Assembly: GCF_008365375.1 (NCBI RefSeq)
Contig: NZ_QOKW01000029.1
Location: forward strand, 44,366 to 84,365
Source: Roseomonas genomospecies 6
GTDB lineage: Bacteria; Pseudomonadota; Alphaproteobacteria; Azospirillales; Azospirillaceae
Direction of reading: 5' to 3'
Length of the DNA: 40,000 bases
A program made the translations under genes and the position numbers. Positions 22,627 through 33,167 of this stretch are shown one piece after another; position 1 is the first letter of the stretch, and the number at the start of each line of letters is the position of its first letter. The notes below the pieces were generated by a model. It saw only the letters and a program-made list of their open reading frames with translations, ran no database searches and was not told where the DNA came from.

Positions 22627-24287
22627 CAGAATGCCCCCGGCTGGCAGGCGTGGCGGATCAGGCCGTTGCCGCTCCGGATCTCGTCCTCCGCGATGCGGAA
22701 ATGCGTCAGCCGCTGGCCCATGCGCTCGTCGAAGCGGCGCGTCATCCACGCCTCGATCTTGGGGTCATAGGCGGGTTCCACCACATGCGTGCGCCCTTGA
22801 ACGAACGCCACGATCACACCGTCGCGGACGATCAGCCGCCCGTCCTTGAAGACGAGGTCCGGCGTCTCGAACATGGCGCGGCGGTCCGCCCGGTCGGTGT
22901 AGACGGTGATGTCCGCGACCGCCCCCGGCCCGAGATGGCCGCGGTCCGTCAGGCCCAGGATGCGGGCCGGGGCGGCGCGGGTCATGGTGGCGATCTCGCC
23001 CAGCGAATATTCGCGCGTCAGCGACCCGAGAATGGTGTGCTCCGGCAAAGCCGGGTGCAGGTCCGCCAGCTTGGCGAGGCGGTAGTCGCGGTCCATCAGC
23101 AGGCGGATCAGCTCGGGGTAGCTGGTGAAGGGGGCGCCGTTCGGGTGGTCGGTGGTGAGGAAGATGCGCCAGGGGTCCTCGATCAGCAGGAACAGCTCCA
23201 GCCCGATGGCCCATTGCAGCGCGTTGACGAAGGCCTTGTCGCGGTAGCGGAAGGGCACGACGCCGCAGCCGGCGTCGCATTCGATGTCCATCATCACCCA
23301 TTTCTTCGGGTGGGCGAGCCCGGCGTTGCGCATCTGCGCCATGGTGTCGGCGGACGCGGTCACCGTCTGGCCGAACATGATCTGCCCGACGTCCACGGAG
23401 ATGTTGGGCCGGCGGTTGACCGCCTCCGCCACGCGCGCGGCGGCGGAGGAGAATTTCCGGTCGCCCTCCGCTCCGTAGGCGTGGAACTGGACGTGGGTAA
23501 GGTGGAGCCGCAGGCCCTCCACCGCCGCGATGCTGTCGAGCGTCGCCTCCACATTGCCCGGAACGCCGAGGTTGAAGCCGTGCAGATGCAGCGGGTGCGG
23601 GATGCCCAACCGCTGCACCGCCCCGGCCAGCGCCGTGAGGATGCGGCGCGGCGTGATGGCGTGGAAGGGGCCGGCCTCGTCCACGTCCAGGCGGCGCCGG
23701 TTGTACTTGAAGGCGTTGATGCCGCCGGGATTCACCGCCTTGACGGCAAGGCTGCGCGTGGCGTTCAGCATGAAGCCGACGTAATCGGCCACGGCCTCCT
23801 CCCCCGCGCCGGAGGCGAGAAGCTCCAGCAGCAGGTCGTCGTTGCCCAGAACCAGATAGCCGCCGGTGTCGATCAGCGGGATGTCCGCCATCTCCAGATG
23901 CGCGTGGCGGGCGTTGCTGGGCAGCATCGCCGGCTCGAAGGCCGCCGTGTAGCCCATCCGGGCGTAGCGGCAGCCCGTGGCGTGGGTGGAGGGGGTGGCG
24001 ATGCCACCGCCGCAGCCGCAGGGGTCTTCCATGGCGACCGCCGCCGCGCGATGCTCCTCCGCCATCAGCAGACGCGCGATGTTGACCTTTCCGCCAGCGA
24101 TGTGGCTGTGGATGTCGATGGCGCCGGCCATCACGATCCGCCCCGACAGGTCGTGCACCTCGTCCGGCGTGGCGCCGGGTCCGGGGTCGGCGACGATCCG
24201 CCCGTCCTGGACGAACAGGTCGCCCACCGCGCCGTCGCGCCCGTTGGCCGGATCGTGGATGCGCCCCCCGGCAAGTTTGGTCAGCAT
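22626..24287 (-). CDS. fhcA: Fhc complex subunit A (amidohydrolase-fold, formylmethanofuran dehydrogenase subunit A homolog)
   Basis: 553 aa. Motifs: MLTKLAGGRIHDPANG, MAGAIDIHSHIAGGKVN, LHLHGFNLG, THVQFHAYG. Confidence 0.9.
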   Translation of the reverse strand: MLTKLAGGRIHDPANGRDGAVGDLFVQDGRIVADPGPGATPDEVHDLSGRIVMAGAIDIHSHIAGGKVNIARLLMAEEHRAAAVAMEDPCGCGGGIATPSTHATGCRYARMGYTAAFEPAMLPSNARHAHLEMADIPLIDTGGYLVLGNDDLLLELLASGAGEEAVADYVGFMLNATRSLAVKAVNPGGINAFKYNRRRLDVDEAGPFHAITPRRILTALAGAVQRLGIPHPLHLHGFNLGVPGNVEATLDSIAAVEGLRLHLTHVQFHAYGAEGDRKFSSAAARVAEAVNRRPNISVDVGQIMFGQTVTASADTMAQMRNAGLAHPKKWVMMDIECDAGCGVVPFRYRDKAFVNALQWAIGLELFLLIEDPWRIFLTTDHPNGAPFTSYPELIRLLMDRDYRLAKLADLHPALPEHTILGSLTREYSLGEIATMTRAAPARILGLTDRGHLGPGAVADITVYTDRADRRAMFETPDLVFKDGRLIVRDGVIVAFVQGRTHVVEPAYDPKIEAWMTRRFDERMGQRLTHFRIAEDEIRSGNGLIRHACQPGAF

Positions 24288-25558
24288 GCGGGGGCCTCCT
24301 GCGGCAGGGCGGCGGCGATGGCCTTCAACACGGTCGCGACATCCGGCAGGCCACGGTCGATGAGGCCCCGCGCGCTCAGGGCGACCACCGTGTCGCTGCG
24401 GAAGACATGGCCCGGATGGTCGATGCCCGGCGTGCCGACGGGAATGAACACCGCCGGTTCCTCAGGGAAGGCCGTTCCCGGCGGGGCCAGCGCGACGACG
24501 GTCTTCCCCGCCGGAAAGCCGGGCACCTCGGGCCGGAAGGCGGAAATCCAGAGAAGGACGTCCGCCACCTCCGCGTAGCGCGCCCAATCGAAGCGGTAGG
24601 GATCGTGCAGCGGCGCCCCACCGGCCAGCGAGGTCCGCAGCGGCACGCCGAACCGCCATGTGCAGACCTGATTCACGCCGACCACGTTGTCGTACCCCGC
24701 GAGCGGCAGACCGGCGCAGCGGCTGTGCCGGTTCACGTCGCGCACGAGATGGACCAGCCGTTCCACCGTCAGATCCGCGTGCGGCCCCGTAAGGCCGGAG
24801 GCGGCCCACGCCACGACCGCGTAGCGCGCCTTGAGCAACCGCTCCGCCAGGGCGGCGACGTCGCCCGCAGCGACGCCCGCGGCACCCGAGGCGCGGGACG
24901 GATCGGGCAAGGCCGCGGCCAGCGCCGCCGCAATGTCCCCGATCCTCGCGGGATCGCCGGGCAGCACCGTGACGGGAAGGTTCGCCAGGGCGGCGCGCGT
25001 GGTGTCCAGCGGTTCGCCGCACAGGAACACCACCTCCCGCGAGGATGGCGTCTGGAAGGCCGGCATGGGCACCACCCAGCGCTCGAAAACGCGCGGGTGG
25101 AGCGCCGCCGGGTCCGGCCCGGCCACCAGAAGCAGGTCACAGCGGTTGCGCAGTTCGGCCAGGGTCGTCGCGATCCAGCCCGTGCGCTGAAGCACCGCCA
25201 GATTGCGGTACAGCCCGTCCGACAGCGCGTGATCGACCACCGCCCCCACCCGCGCGGCGAGCGCCAGCGCCGCCCGCGCCCCATCGACGTCGGTGCCCAG
25301 CCCGGCCACCAGCGGCGCGTCGGACGCAGCCAGCGCGGCTGCGGCGGCCCGCACCGCCTCGTCCAACGAGACCGCGCCACCCGCGACGCGCGGCGGCTCG
25401 GCGGGCGGTGTGCGGGAAAAGCGTTCGCGCGCGACCGGGCAGTCGGTGGAGCGCACCGCCAGTCCGGAAGGCGGCTCCTCCTCAATGGTCAGGTCGTCGC
25501 AGCCGAGGCCGCAGAACGGGCACACCACATCGCGATGGATGACGGAATCGCTCGCCAT
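24281..25558 (-). CDS. fhcB: Fhc complex subunit B (formylmethanofuran dehydrogenase subunit B homolog)
   Basis: 425 aa. N-terminal VVCPFCGLGCDDL. It overlaps the fhcA start by 7 nt. Confidence 0.9.
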   Translation of the reverse strand: MASDSVIHRDVVCPFCGLGCDDLTIEEEPPSGLAVRSTDCPVARERFSRTPPAEPPRVAGGAVSLDEAVRAAAAALAASDAPLVAGLGTDVDGARAALALAARVGAVVDHALSDGLYRNLAVLQRTGWIATTLAELRNRCDLLLVAGPDPAALHPRVFERWVVPMPAFQTPSSREVVFLCGEPLDTTRAALANLPVTVLPGDPARIGDIAAALAAALPDPSRASGAAGVAAGDVAALAERLLKARYAVVAWAASGLTGPHADLTVERLVHLVRDVNRHSRCAGLPLAGYDNVVGVNQVCTWRFGVPLRTSLAGGAPLHDPYRFDWARYAEVADVLLWISAFRPEVPGFPAGKTVVALAPPGTAFPEEPAVFIPVGTPGIDHPGHVFRSDTVVALSARGLIDRGLPDVATVLKAIAAALPQEAPAC

Positions 25559-25568
25559 GCCGGTGCCG

Positions 25569-25946
25569 TCAGTCGTACTTGATGTAGGCGAAGCGCAGAT
25601 CGTCCCTGGGCGTTCCCTCCAGCGCGCCGCCCTCCCGGGCGGGCTGCCATTGGACGACCTCCTCGATCTTGCGGGCGAGTTCGAAGTCCTTGTCGGTGAT
25701 GCCCTTGGCCGTGTGGGTCTTCAGCCGCACCTCGACCCAGGCGTAGGAGACGGTGAGGTCCGGATGGTGCCACGCGGCCTCGGCCAGATGGCCGACCGCG
25801 TTGACCACCATCAGGGTGCCCTTCCAACTGTTCGTCTTGTACTTCCGGCGAATCCAGCCGTCTTCATACCGCCACCGCGGCAGTATTTGCTGCAACCGCT
25901 CAACGATCTGCGCATCGGAATAGGTGGTTTCCTGAACCGCGGTCAT
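25569..25946 (-). CDS. Pterin-4a-carbinolamine dehydratase (PCD/DCoH)-like protein of the H4MPT cluster
   Basis: 125 aa. AWHHPDLTVSYAWVEVRLKTH is the PCD core pattern. It is the first gene of the minus-strand fhc array. Confidence 0.75.
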   Translation of the reverse strand: MTAVQETTYSDAQIVERLQQILPRWRYEDGWIRRKYKTNSWKGTLMVVNAVGHLAEAAWHHPDLTVSYAWVEVRLKTHTAKGITDKDFELARKIEEVVQWQPAREGGALEGTPRDDLRFAYIKYD

Positions 25947-26079
25947 GTCTTCCTCCCCGAAGTGACCGAACAGTCCTCACCCCGAAGAGGTATATACTAT
26001 TGGATCGGGGTCTTTTTTTGACACAAGATTATCATGATTGAAAAAACGACGCAACTTTCCTTGAACGAATGAGGTTCTC

Positions 26080-27075
26080 ATGCCTCTCGGCGTCGACGAA
26101 GCAAGGGAGGTGCGGGTCACGGCTCCCGCGCGGCTTCATCTGGGTTTCCTCGACATGAACGGCGGTCTGGGCCGGCGGTTCGGCAGCCTGGGGCTGACGC
26201 TCGACGGGATGGCGACGACCGTCCGGGTGCGCCCGTCCGACCGCCTTTGCGCAAGCGGCCCGTCGGCGGAGCGTGCGCTGAAGGCCGCGCGGGCGGTCTG
26301 CGACCGCTTCCGCTGGCCCACCCGTGCCGAACTGACGGTGGAGGAAGCCATTCCCGAGCATGTCGGGCTGGGCTCCGGAACGCAGCTCGGCCTCGCGGTC
26401 GGCACCGCCCTGGCACACCTGCACGGACGGCCCCTGACGGTCCGCCGGCTCGCCGCGGAGCTTGAGCGCGGCGCCCGCTCCGGGATCGGGATCGGCGCCT
26501 TCGAGAACGGCGGCGTCATCCTGGACGGTGGCCGGGGGGCCGGCGACGATCCGCCGCCCATCCTCGCGCGCCTGCCCTTTCCGGACTCCTGGCGCGTCCT
26601 GCTGATCCTCCACCGGGACGGCCAGGGGCTGCACGGCACCGCCGAGGTCCAGGCCTTCAAGGCGCTGCCACCCTTTCCGGCGGAGCGGGCGGGGCATCTG
26701 TGCCGCCTGATGGTCATGGCCGCCCTTCCGGCGCTGATCGAAGGCGACGCCGACCGCTTCGGGCAGGCCGTGGGCGAGATGCAACGCACCGTGGGCGACC
26801 ATTTCGCCCCGGTTCAAGGCGGACGCTTCACCAGCCCGCTGGTGGCCGACGCACTGGCATGGCTGGAGGCCGAGGGCATTCCCGGCGTCGGACAGACGTC
26901 CTGGGGACCGACCGGCTTCGCCATCGTCGGCGACTCCCGCCGCGCCGAGGCCCTGCTGGCGGAGGCGAGGCGCCGCTGGGCGGGGTCGTCGCTGGACTTC
27001 CGCCTGACCCGTGGCCGCAACGACGGCGCGACGCTGGAATCCACCACCGGACGGGTGGCGCTGCGGGCCTCCTGA
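26080..27075 (+). CDS. mptG: Beta-ribofuranosylaminobenzene 5'-phosphate synthase (GHMP-kinase fold)
   Basis: Motifs: VTAPARLHLGFLDMNGGLGRRFGSLG, IPEHVGLGSGTQL, SGIGIGAFENGG, GQTSWGPTGFA. Confidence 0.85.
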   Translation: MPLGVDEAREVRVTAPARLHLGFLDMNGGLGRRFGSLGLTLDGMATTVRVRPSDRLCASGPSAERALKAARAVCDRFRWPTRAELTVEEAIPEHVGLGSGTQLGLAVGTALAHLHGRPLTVRRLAAELERGARSGIGIGAFENGGVILDGGRGAGDDPPPILARLPFPDSWRVLLILHRDGQGLHGTAEVQAFKALPPFPAERAGHLCRLMVMAALPALIEGDADRFGQAVGEMQRTVGDHFAPVQGGRFTSPLVADALAWLEAEGIPGVGQTSWGPTGFAIVGDSRRAEALLAEARRRWAGSSLDFRLTRGRNDGATLESTTGRVALRAS

Positions 27076-27106
27076 ACCCCTCATACGACCAAGCGGGAGG
27101 CGCGCG

Positions 27107-28003
27107 ATGGCCGCACCCTACGTTCTCCACATGCTGACTCCGCTGAAGCACGTCAGCCCCTTCGACGTCAACATGGCGGCGGACGCCGGCATGGGCCCCC
27201 TGTTCCCCTACACCGGCGTCACGCCGGAGGAGGTTCCCGGCATCACCCAGGACGCCATGTTCTCCCGCGACCCGGCCAACGCGGTGCGGACCGGGCTGTT
27301 CATCGGCGGGCGCGACGCCGTGGTGGCGCTCGACATGATGGAGGCGGCCCGCAAGGCCATGTTCCCGCCCTTCACCATTTCCGTGATGGTCGACCCCTCC
27401 GGCGCCTTCACCACGGCGGGCGCCATGGTCGCCGTGGTGGAGCGCGCCCTGCGCCGCAGCCGGCCCGACGGGATCAAGGGGGTGAACGTGCAGGTCTTCG
27501 GTGCGACCGGCGTGGTCGGCGGGATCGCCGGGGTGATCGCCGCCCTGGCCGGAGCCCGCGTCACGCTGGTCAGCCACCGCGGCCTGTCGGGCGTGGAACC
27601 CAAGGCCGCCGAGTTCCGCCGGCGTTTCGGGGTGGAGTTGCACTGCGCCGACGCTCCCGACGACGCGGCCAAGGAAGCGCTGCTCGCCGATGCGGAGGTG
27701 GTGTTCGGCTGCGGGCGGGCGGGCCTGCAAATCCTGTCGGCGCGCAACCTCGCCGCGGCGGGCCGCCTGATGGCCGCGGCGGACATCAACGCCGTTCCCC
27801 CGCCGGGGATCGAGGGGGTGGGCGCCAAGGACGACGGCGCGCCGCTTCCCGGCGGGCGCGGTGTCGGTGTCGGCGCGCTGGCCATCGGCGCCGTCAAGTT
27901 CCGGGTCCAGCACGCCCTGCTGATGCGCCTCGCCGTGGCGGAGAAGGCCGAATATCTGGATTTCCGCCATGCCTACGATGCCGCCCGCCGGATCGCCGGC
28001 TGA
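27107..28003 (+). CDS. mtdB: NAD(P)-dependent methylene-tetrahydromethanopterin dehydrogenase
   Basis: ATG at 27107 with GGGAGG RBS. Motifs: VLHMLTPLKHVSPFDVNMAADAG, FIGGRD, and the Rossmann motif VFGATGVVGG. Its position between mptG and mch favours mtdB over mtdA. Confidence 0.78.
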   Translation: MAAPYVLHMLTPLKHVSPFDVNMAADAGMGPLFPYTGVTPEEVPGITQDAMFSRDPANAVRTGLFIGGRDAVVALDMMEAARKAMFPPFTISVMVDPSGAFTTAGAMVAVVERALRRSRPDGIKGVNVQVFGATGVVGGIAGVIAALAGARVTLVSHRGLSGVEPKAAEFRRRFGVELHCADAPDDAAKEALLADAEVVFGCGRAGLQILSARNLAAAGRLMAAADINAVPPPGIEGVGAKDDGAPLPGGRGVGVGALAIGAVKFRVQHALLMRLAVAEKAEYLDFRHAYDAARRIAG

Positions 28004-29090
28004 AAAGCCGGACATCGTCGTCGCGGCCTTGTCGGCACGGGCGCTGGCCGCCGCTGCCCGGCGCGCCGGACGGCGCCCGGCGGCCATCGACCTGTTCGCC
28101 GATCTGGACACCCGCCGGCTTGCGGCCCCCTGCCTCCGGATGTCTCCCGGCGGACTCCTCGACGCCTTGGAGCGGGCGGAGCTGCGCGGCCTGCCGCTGG
28201 CCTGCGGCGCCGGATTCGAGGACGACCCGGCCCTTCTGGAGCGCGTCGCGGCGGATCGCCCCCTGCTCGGCAACCGGGCCGATGTGGTGGCGCGCGTGAA
28301 GGACCCGTTCCACTTCGCCGCGGCGCTGGACCGGCTGGGCATCCCTCATCCTCCCGTCGCGCGGGCGCTGGACGGGCCGCCCGGCGACCATCTGCTGAAG
28401 CGGATCGGCGGCAGCGGCGGCGGTCACATCACCCCAGCATGGACGGCGGAGGCCCCGCCGGGCTGGTACCTCCAGCGCCGCGTCGCCGGTCATGCCGTGT
28501 CGGTGCTCTTCCTTGCGGACGGAAGCCGGGCCGTTCTCGTCGGGCTGAGCCGGCAATGGACCGCGCCCACCACGGAAAGCCCCTACCGCTACGGCGGGGC
28601 CGCCGGGCCTTGGCGTTGTCCGGAACGGCTGACCCGGACCCTGCCCGACATGATGAACCGGCTCGTGGCGGCTTTCGGGCTGGTCGGGCTGAACAGCGCC
28701 GATTTTCTGGTGAACGGGCCGGACCTCCATCTGTTGGAGATCAACCCGAGACCGGGGGCGACGCTGGACGTCTTCGACCGTCCGCCGATGCCGCCGCTGT
28801 TCGGCCTTCACCTGGACGCCTGCGCCGGACGCCTGCCCGACCTCCTGCCCGCACCGTGGGGGTGCCGGGCGGCGGCGGTGCTCTACGCCGACGCTCCCAC
28901 ACGGATCGGAACCGGCACGCGCTGGCCCGCCTGGGCCGCCGACCGTCCCGCGCCACCGGCCATCATCGCGCACGGCGAGCCGGTCTGCACGGTTCTGGGC
29001 GATGGGCCAAGCGCCGGCGCGGCGCGGCGCCACGCCGAGCGGCGGCGGCGGCAACTGGCGGCCCTTGCCGCGATGGAGATGCAATCATGA
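27969..29090 (+). CDS. ATP-grasp family protein of the H4MPT/methanofuran cluster
   Basis: Motifs: [13 protein letters not shown]...[43 protein letters not shown]. The start (27969 or 27978) overlaps the mtdB end. Confidence 0.7.
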   Translation: MPTMPPAGSPAEKPDIVVAALSARALAAAARRAGRRPAAIDLFADLDTRRLAAPCLRMSPGGLLDALERAELRGLPLACGAGFEDDPALLERVAADRPLLGNRADVVARVKDPFHFAAALDRLGIPHPPVARALDGPPGDHLLKRIGGSGGGHITPAWTAEAPPGWYLQRRVAGHAVSVLFLADGSRAVLVGLSRQWTAPTTESPYRYGGAAGPWRCPERLTRTLPDMMNRLVAAFGLVGLNSADFLVNGPDLHLLEINPRPGATLDVFDRPPMPPLFGLHLDACAGRLPDLLPAPWGCRAAAVLYADAPTRIGTGTRWPAWAADRPAPPAIIAHGEPVCTVLGDGPSAGAARRHAERRRRQLAALAAMEMQS

Positions 29091-30076
29091 CCACCAACAC
29101 CTCTGCTGACCCACGCCCGAGCCTTGCGGCGCTCGCGGCACCGCTGGTCGAACGGCTGGTGGCCAACGCCGCCGTGCTGCGCCTCGGCATCCGGCACGTC
29201 GGCGGAGCCTGCGTCGTCGATGCCGGGATAGGCCATCCGGGCGGGCTGGAGGCCGGGCGGCGCATCGCCGAACTGTGCATGGGCGGCCTTGGGCGGGTGA
29301 CGCTGGGCGCGGTGCCCGGCTCTCCGTTCTGGCCGTTCGGCGTCACGGTCCACAGCGCCCAGCCGGTGCTGGCCTGCCTCGGCAGCCAATACGCCGGCTG
29401 GAGCCTCAGCCACGGCAGCGGCAAGGACGTCTTCTTCGCGCTGGGCTCCGGCCCCGGCCGCGCGCTGGCCCGGCAGGAGGCTCTGTTCGACGAGTTGGGA
29501 TACCGCGACACCGCCGATACGGCGGCCTTCGTCATGGAGGTGGCGGCGGTGCCGCCCGCCGAGCTGGTCGCCCGCATCGCCTCCACCTGCGGCATCGCCA
29601 CGGAGGGGCTGACGCTGGTCCTCACCCCGACCCAGAGCCTCGCCGGGACCACCCAGGTGGTCGCCCGCGTGCTGGAGGTCGCCCTGCACAAGCTGCACGC
29701 CCTCGGCTTTCCGCTCGACCGCGTCATGGACGGCGTCGGCATGGCGCCGCTTCCGCCGCCGGGCGGCGGATTCCTCACCGCGATGGGCCGCACCAACGAC
29801 GCGATCCTCTACGGGGGCACGGTCCATCTGCACGTCACCGGCCCGGACGGCGAGGCGGAGGATCTGGCGCGCCGCCTGCCATCCTCCGCCTCGCGGGACC
29901 ATGGGCGCCCCTTCGCGGAGGTCTTCGCGGCGGCGAAGGGCGACTTCTACGCCATCGATTCCATGCTGTTCAGCCCGGCGCGCGTGATCGTCACCGCGCT
30001 GGACAGCGGGCGCAGCTTCCATGGCGGGAACCTGGACCAGACCCTCGTGGAGCGCTCGTTCCGCGATGTCCGGTGA
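29087..30076 (+). CDS. mch: Methenyltetrahydromethanopterin cyclohydrolase
   Basis: ATGA overlaps the upstream stop. Motifs: [63 protein letters not shown]. Confidence 0.9.
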   Translation: MTTNTSADPRPSLAALAAPLVERLVANAAVLRLGIRHVGGACVVDAGIGHPGGLEAGRRIAELCMGGLGRVTLGAVPGSPFWPFGVTVHSAQPVLACLGSQYAGWSLSHGSGKDVFFALGSGPGRALARQEALFDELGYRDTADTAAFVMEVAAVPPAELVARIASTCGIATEGLTLVLTPTQSLAGTTQVVARVLEVALHKLHALGFPLDRVMDGVGMAPLPPPGGGFLTAMGRTNDAILYGGTVHLHVTGPDGEAEDLARRLPSSASRDHGRPFAEVFAAAKGDFYAIDSMLFSPARVIVTALDSGRSFHGGNLDQTLVERSFRDVR

Positions 30077-30980
30077 GCACGCCGCCCTGATCCTCACCGA
30101 ACGGCCCGATTGGCACACCCCTCGCCTGGTCCGCGCCATCGAGGCGCGCGGCCTGCCCTGCCGCTGTGTCCCGCCACGGCGCTGCGGGATCGCGGCGGGC
30201 TACACGGCGACCGGGCTGCTGATCCCCGGCTTCGAGGACGCGCTGCCGGCGGGCGTGTTCGTCCGCGCGGTGGGTCAGGGCAGCTTCGAGCAGGTGACGC
30301 TGCGCCTGGGCGTGCTCCACGCGCTGCGCGGCCTCGGGGTGCCGGTCTACAATGACGCCCGCGCCATCGAACGCTGCGTGGATAAGAGCATGACGAGCTT
30401 CCTGCTGGCCCGCGCCGGCCTGCCGACCCCGCCCGCCCTCGCCGCGCAGGACGCCGAACCGGCCCGGCGCATTCTGGACCACGCCCCCGATCAGGTGCTG
30501 AAGCCGCTGTTCGGCGCGCAGGGGCGCGGCCTGCTGCGGCTGGACGGGCCGGAGGTTCTGCCCGACGCCGAACAGGTCGCCGGGGTCTACTACCTCCAGC
30601 CCTTCATCCCGCCGCGGACGGAGGGCGCGTGGCGGGACCGGCGGGTGTTCGTGGCGGGCGGACGGGCGGTCGCCGCGATGAACCGGCATGGGCGGAGTTG
30701 GGTCACCAACGTCCACCAGGGCGCTTCCTGCGAGGCCGCTCCCCACGACGACGAGGCCGCCGCTCTCGCCGTGCACGCCGCGCGGGTGGTCGGCGCCGGC
30801 TATGCCGGTGTGGACCTGATCCAGGACCGCGAGGGCCGCTGGCTGCTGCTGGAGGTCAACAGCATGCCGGCGTGGCAGGGGCTGCAACGGGTCAGCGCGG
30901 TGGACATCGCCGACGCCCTGGCTGCCGATTTCGTCGAAAGGGTGGGCACGCATGATCGACTGGGCGCCGATACCCCCTGA
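30066..30980 (+). CDS. mptN: RimK-type ATP-grasp ligase (tetrahydromethanopterin:alpha-L-glutamate ligase-like)
   Basis: ATG at 30066 overlaps mch by 11 nt. Motifs: [41 protein letters not shown]...[11 protein letters not shown]. Confidence 0.72.
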   Translation: MSGEHAALILTERPDWHTPRLVRAIEARGLPCRCVPPRRCGIAAGYTATGLLIPGFEDALPAGVFVRAVGQGSFEQVTLRLGVLHALRGLGVPVYNDARAIERCVDKSMTSFLLARAGLPTPPALAAQDAEPARRILDHAPDQVLKPLFGAQGRGLLRLDGPEVLPDAEQVAGVYYLQPFIPPRTEGAWRDRRVFVAGGRAVAAMNRHGRSWVTNVHQGASCEAAPHDDEAAALAVHAARVVGAGYAGVDLIQDREGRWLLLEVNSMPAWQGLQRVSAVDIADALAADFVERVGTHDRLGADTP

Positions 30981-31815
30981 CCACAAATCCGGGATGGCCG
31001 GCGCCTACCGCGCCGCCTGCCATCTGGAGTTGCGCGCGCTGAAACCCGGCAACGTCCACATTCACGGGGACGGCCACGGCATGACCGTCGCCCAGTTCGC
31101 CGCCAGCGCCGACGCGACCGCGCCCATCCTCGCGCAGCCGGGGCTGAGCGTCGGGGAGCGGATTTTCCAGGCGGTGGCCGCCACGCGGACGGTCGCCGGC
31201 TGCAACACCAACCTCGGCATCCTGCTGCTGGCCGCCCCGCTGGCCCAGGCCGCGCAGATTGAAGGCGGCACCCTGCGCGAGCGGCTGGAGCATGTTCTTG
31301 CAAGCCTGACCGTGGCCGACGCGGAGCTTACGTTCCGATCCATCGCGTTGGCCGAACCCGCCGGTCTGGGCCGTGTGGAGGGAGCGGACGTGCACACCCC
31401 GGCGCGGGTGACCCTGCTCGCCGCCATGCGGGAGGCGCAGGACCGCGACCGCATCGCCCGGCAGTACGCGACGGGCTTCGCGGACGTCTTCGAAACGGGC
31501 GTGCCGTTCCTCCGGCGGTGGCTGGACGCGGGTGCAAGTTACGAGCACGCCACGGAGCGGCTCTTCATCGAATTCCTCGCCACCACGCCCGACAGCCATG
31601 TCATCCGAAAATACGGGCGGGAGCGTGCTGAATGGTTACGCTCCCGAGCTTCGGAATTGAGAGAAAACACGGGGCCGGATCGTGCATTCACGCTAACGCG
31701 ATCGCGCTTGGCGGAACTGGACAGGGAACTCAAATACAATGGCGTCAACCCGGGAACGACCGCGGATATTGTCGTGGGTTGCCTTCTTGCGTTCTGGCTC
31801 ATGCAATCGCCGTAG
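30952..31815 (+). CDS. CitG/MdcB-like triphosphoribosyl-dephospho-CoA synthase family protein of the H4MPT cluster
   Basis: Motifs: [36 protein letters not shown]. Confidence 0.72.
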   Translation: MIDWAPIPPDHKSGMAGAYRAACHLELRALKPGNVHIHGDGHGMTVAQFAASADATAPILAQPGLSVGERIFQAVAATRTVAGCNTNLGILLLAAPLAQAAQIEGGTLRERLEHVLASLTVADAELTFRSIALAEPAGLGRVEGADVHTPARVTLLAAMREAQDRDRIARQYATGFADVFETGVPFLRRWLDAGASYEHATERLFIEFLATTPDSHVIRKYGRERAEWLRSRASELRENTGPDRAFTLTRSRLAELDRELKYNGVNPGTTADIVVGCLLAFWLMQSP

Positions 31816-31889
31816 CCGCCCGACATAACGGAAGCTCTTCGAAAAGACGCGCTCCGCGAAGAGCGCCGACAACGCTAGGGAGAAAGGTC

Positions 31890-32417
31890 ATGCCGATGTG
31901 GGGAGGACAGTCCACCAAGATCAACCGCGTGCTCGTCGGTGAATCGCTGGTCGGTGATGGGAACGAAGTGGCCCACATCGACCTCATCATGGGACCGCGC
32001 GGCAGCGCCGTGGAGACGGCGTTCTGCAACGCCCTGACCAACAACAAGGACGGTTTCACGTCCCTGCTCGCCGTCGTCGCGCCCAACCTGATGTGCAAGC
32101 CGGCCACCATCCTGTTCAACAAGGTCACCATCAAGGGTGCCGAACAGGCGGTGCAGATGTTCGGCCCCGCCCAGCACGCCGTCGCGAAGGCCGTGGCCGA
32201 CTGCGTGGCCGAAGGCACCATCCCGCAGGAGGAGATCGACAACATCTTCATCTGCGTCGGCGTCTTCATCCATTGGGAAGCCAAGGACAACGCCAAGATC
32301 CAGGACTACAACTACCGCGCCACGAAGGAAGCCATCGAACGCGCGGTGGCGAGCTTCCCCAGCGCGCAGGATCTGATGAGTCAGAAGGACAAGGTGAAGC
32401 ACCCCTTCGCCGCGTGA
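31890..32417 (+). CDS. fae: Formaldehyde-activating enzyme
   Basis: ATG at 31890 with AGGGAGAAAGG RBS. Motifs: [59 protein letters not shown]. Confidence 0.92.
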   Translation: MPMWGGQSTKINRVLVGESLVGDGNEVAHIDLIMGPRGSAVETAFCNALTNNKDGFTSLLAVVAPNLMCKPATILFNKVTIKGAEQAVQMFGPAQHAVAKAVADCVAEGTIPQEEIDNIFICVGVFIHWEAKDNAKIQDYNYRATKEAIERAVASFPSAQDLMSQKDKVKHPFAA

Positions 32418-32422
32418 CCGGC

Positions 32423-33151
32423 TCACCGGGCCAGGGCCTCCAGCGCCGCGCCGTCGATGCGGCCGTCGTGCAGCGCCGTCGCCACCAGGGCGCCGGCGCT
32501 GCCGCGCGCCGCAAGCTCCCGAAGGTCGTTGCCGTCGCGCACGCCACCGGCGGCGAACAGGCGCGCCTGCGGGTTGGCCCGCCCGACCTCCGCAAGACGG
32601 GTCCAGTCCGGTCCCTCGCCGGACCCGACGCGGGCGAGGGTCATGGCGATGACCCGGTCCGGCCACAGCTCGGCGCGCTCCAGCAGGTCCGGAGGCCCGA
32701 CGAACCGGTCGCGGAAGTCGAGCGAGAGGATCACGCGCGTCCACGCCGCGGGATCGGCCTTCAGCGCCGCCAGCGGTTCCAGCCCCTCCAGCCCCTCGCT
32801 GCCGAGCACGGCATCGCCCAGCCCCGACGCGACGAAGCCGCGCACCGAATCCGCGCTGCGGAACCCGCCGTCCACCCAGAAGCCGGTCTCCGGAAAAGCC
32901 GCCTTCAGCCGCGCCAGCGCCGCCCGGTTGTCCCCCGCCCCTTCGATGGCGTCGAGATCGGCCGCATAGACGGTTCGGAACGGATGCAGGCCGAGAAGCC
33001 CGCCGACCACATCCACCGGATCGTTGCCGGCGCACAGCGACGAGCGCAGCGGCGGGTAGCGGCCCCGCTCGCCGCGGCGCGCGTGAACCACCCCGCCACC
33101 CCTCAGGTCGATCACCGGAACGACGTGGAACAGCTTCCCCTCCCTTGGCAT
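32423..33151 (-). CDS. HisA/HisF-family (beta/alpha barrel) protein of the H4MPT cluster
   Basis: 242 aa from MPREGKLFHVVPVIDLRGGGVVHA... with GGVR near the C-terminus. The start was set by ORF-track frame arithmetic; my manual base count at this line differed by 1 nt. Confidence 0.72.
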   Translation of the reverse strand: MPREGKLFHVVPVIDLRGGGVVHARRGERGRYPPLRSSLCAGNDPVDVVGGLLGLHPFRTVYAADLDAIEGAGDNRAALARLKAAFPETGFWVDGGFRSADSVRGFVASGLGDAVLGSEGLEGLEPLAALKADPAAWTRVILSLDFRDRFVGPPDLLERAELWPDRVIAMTLARVGSGEGPDWTRLAEVGRANPQARLFAAGGVRDGNDLRELAARGSAGALVATALHDGRIDGAALEALAR

Positions 33152-33167
33152 CTCCTTGGCGGACGGC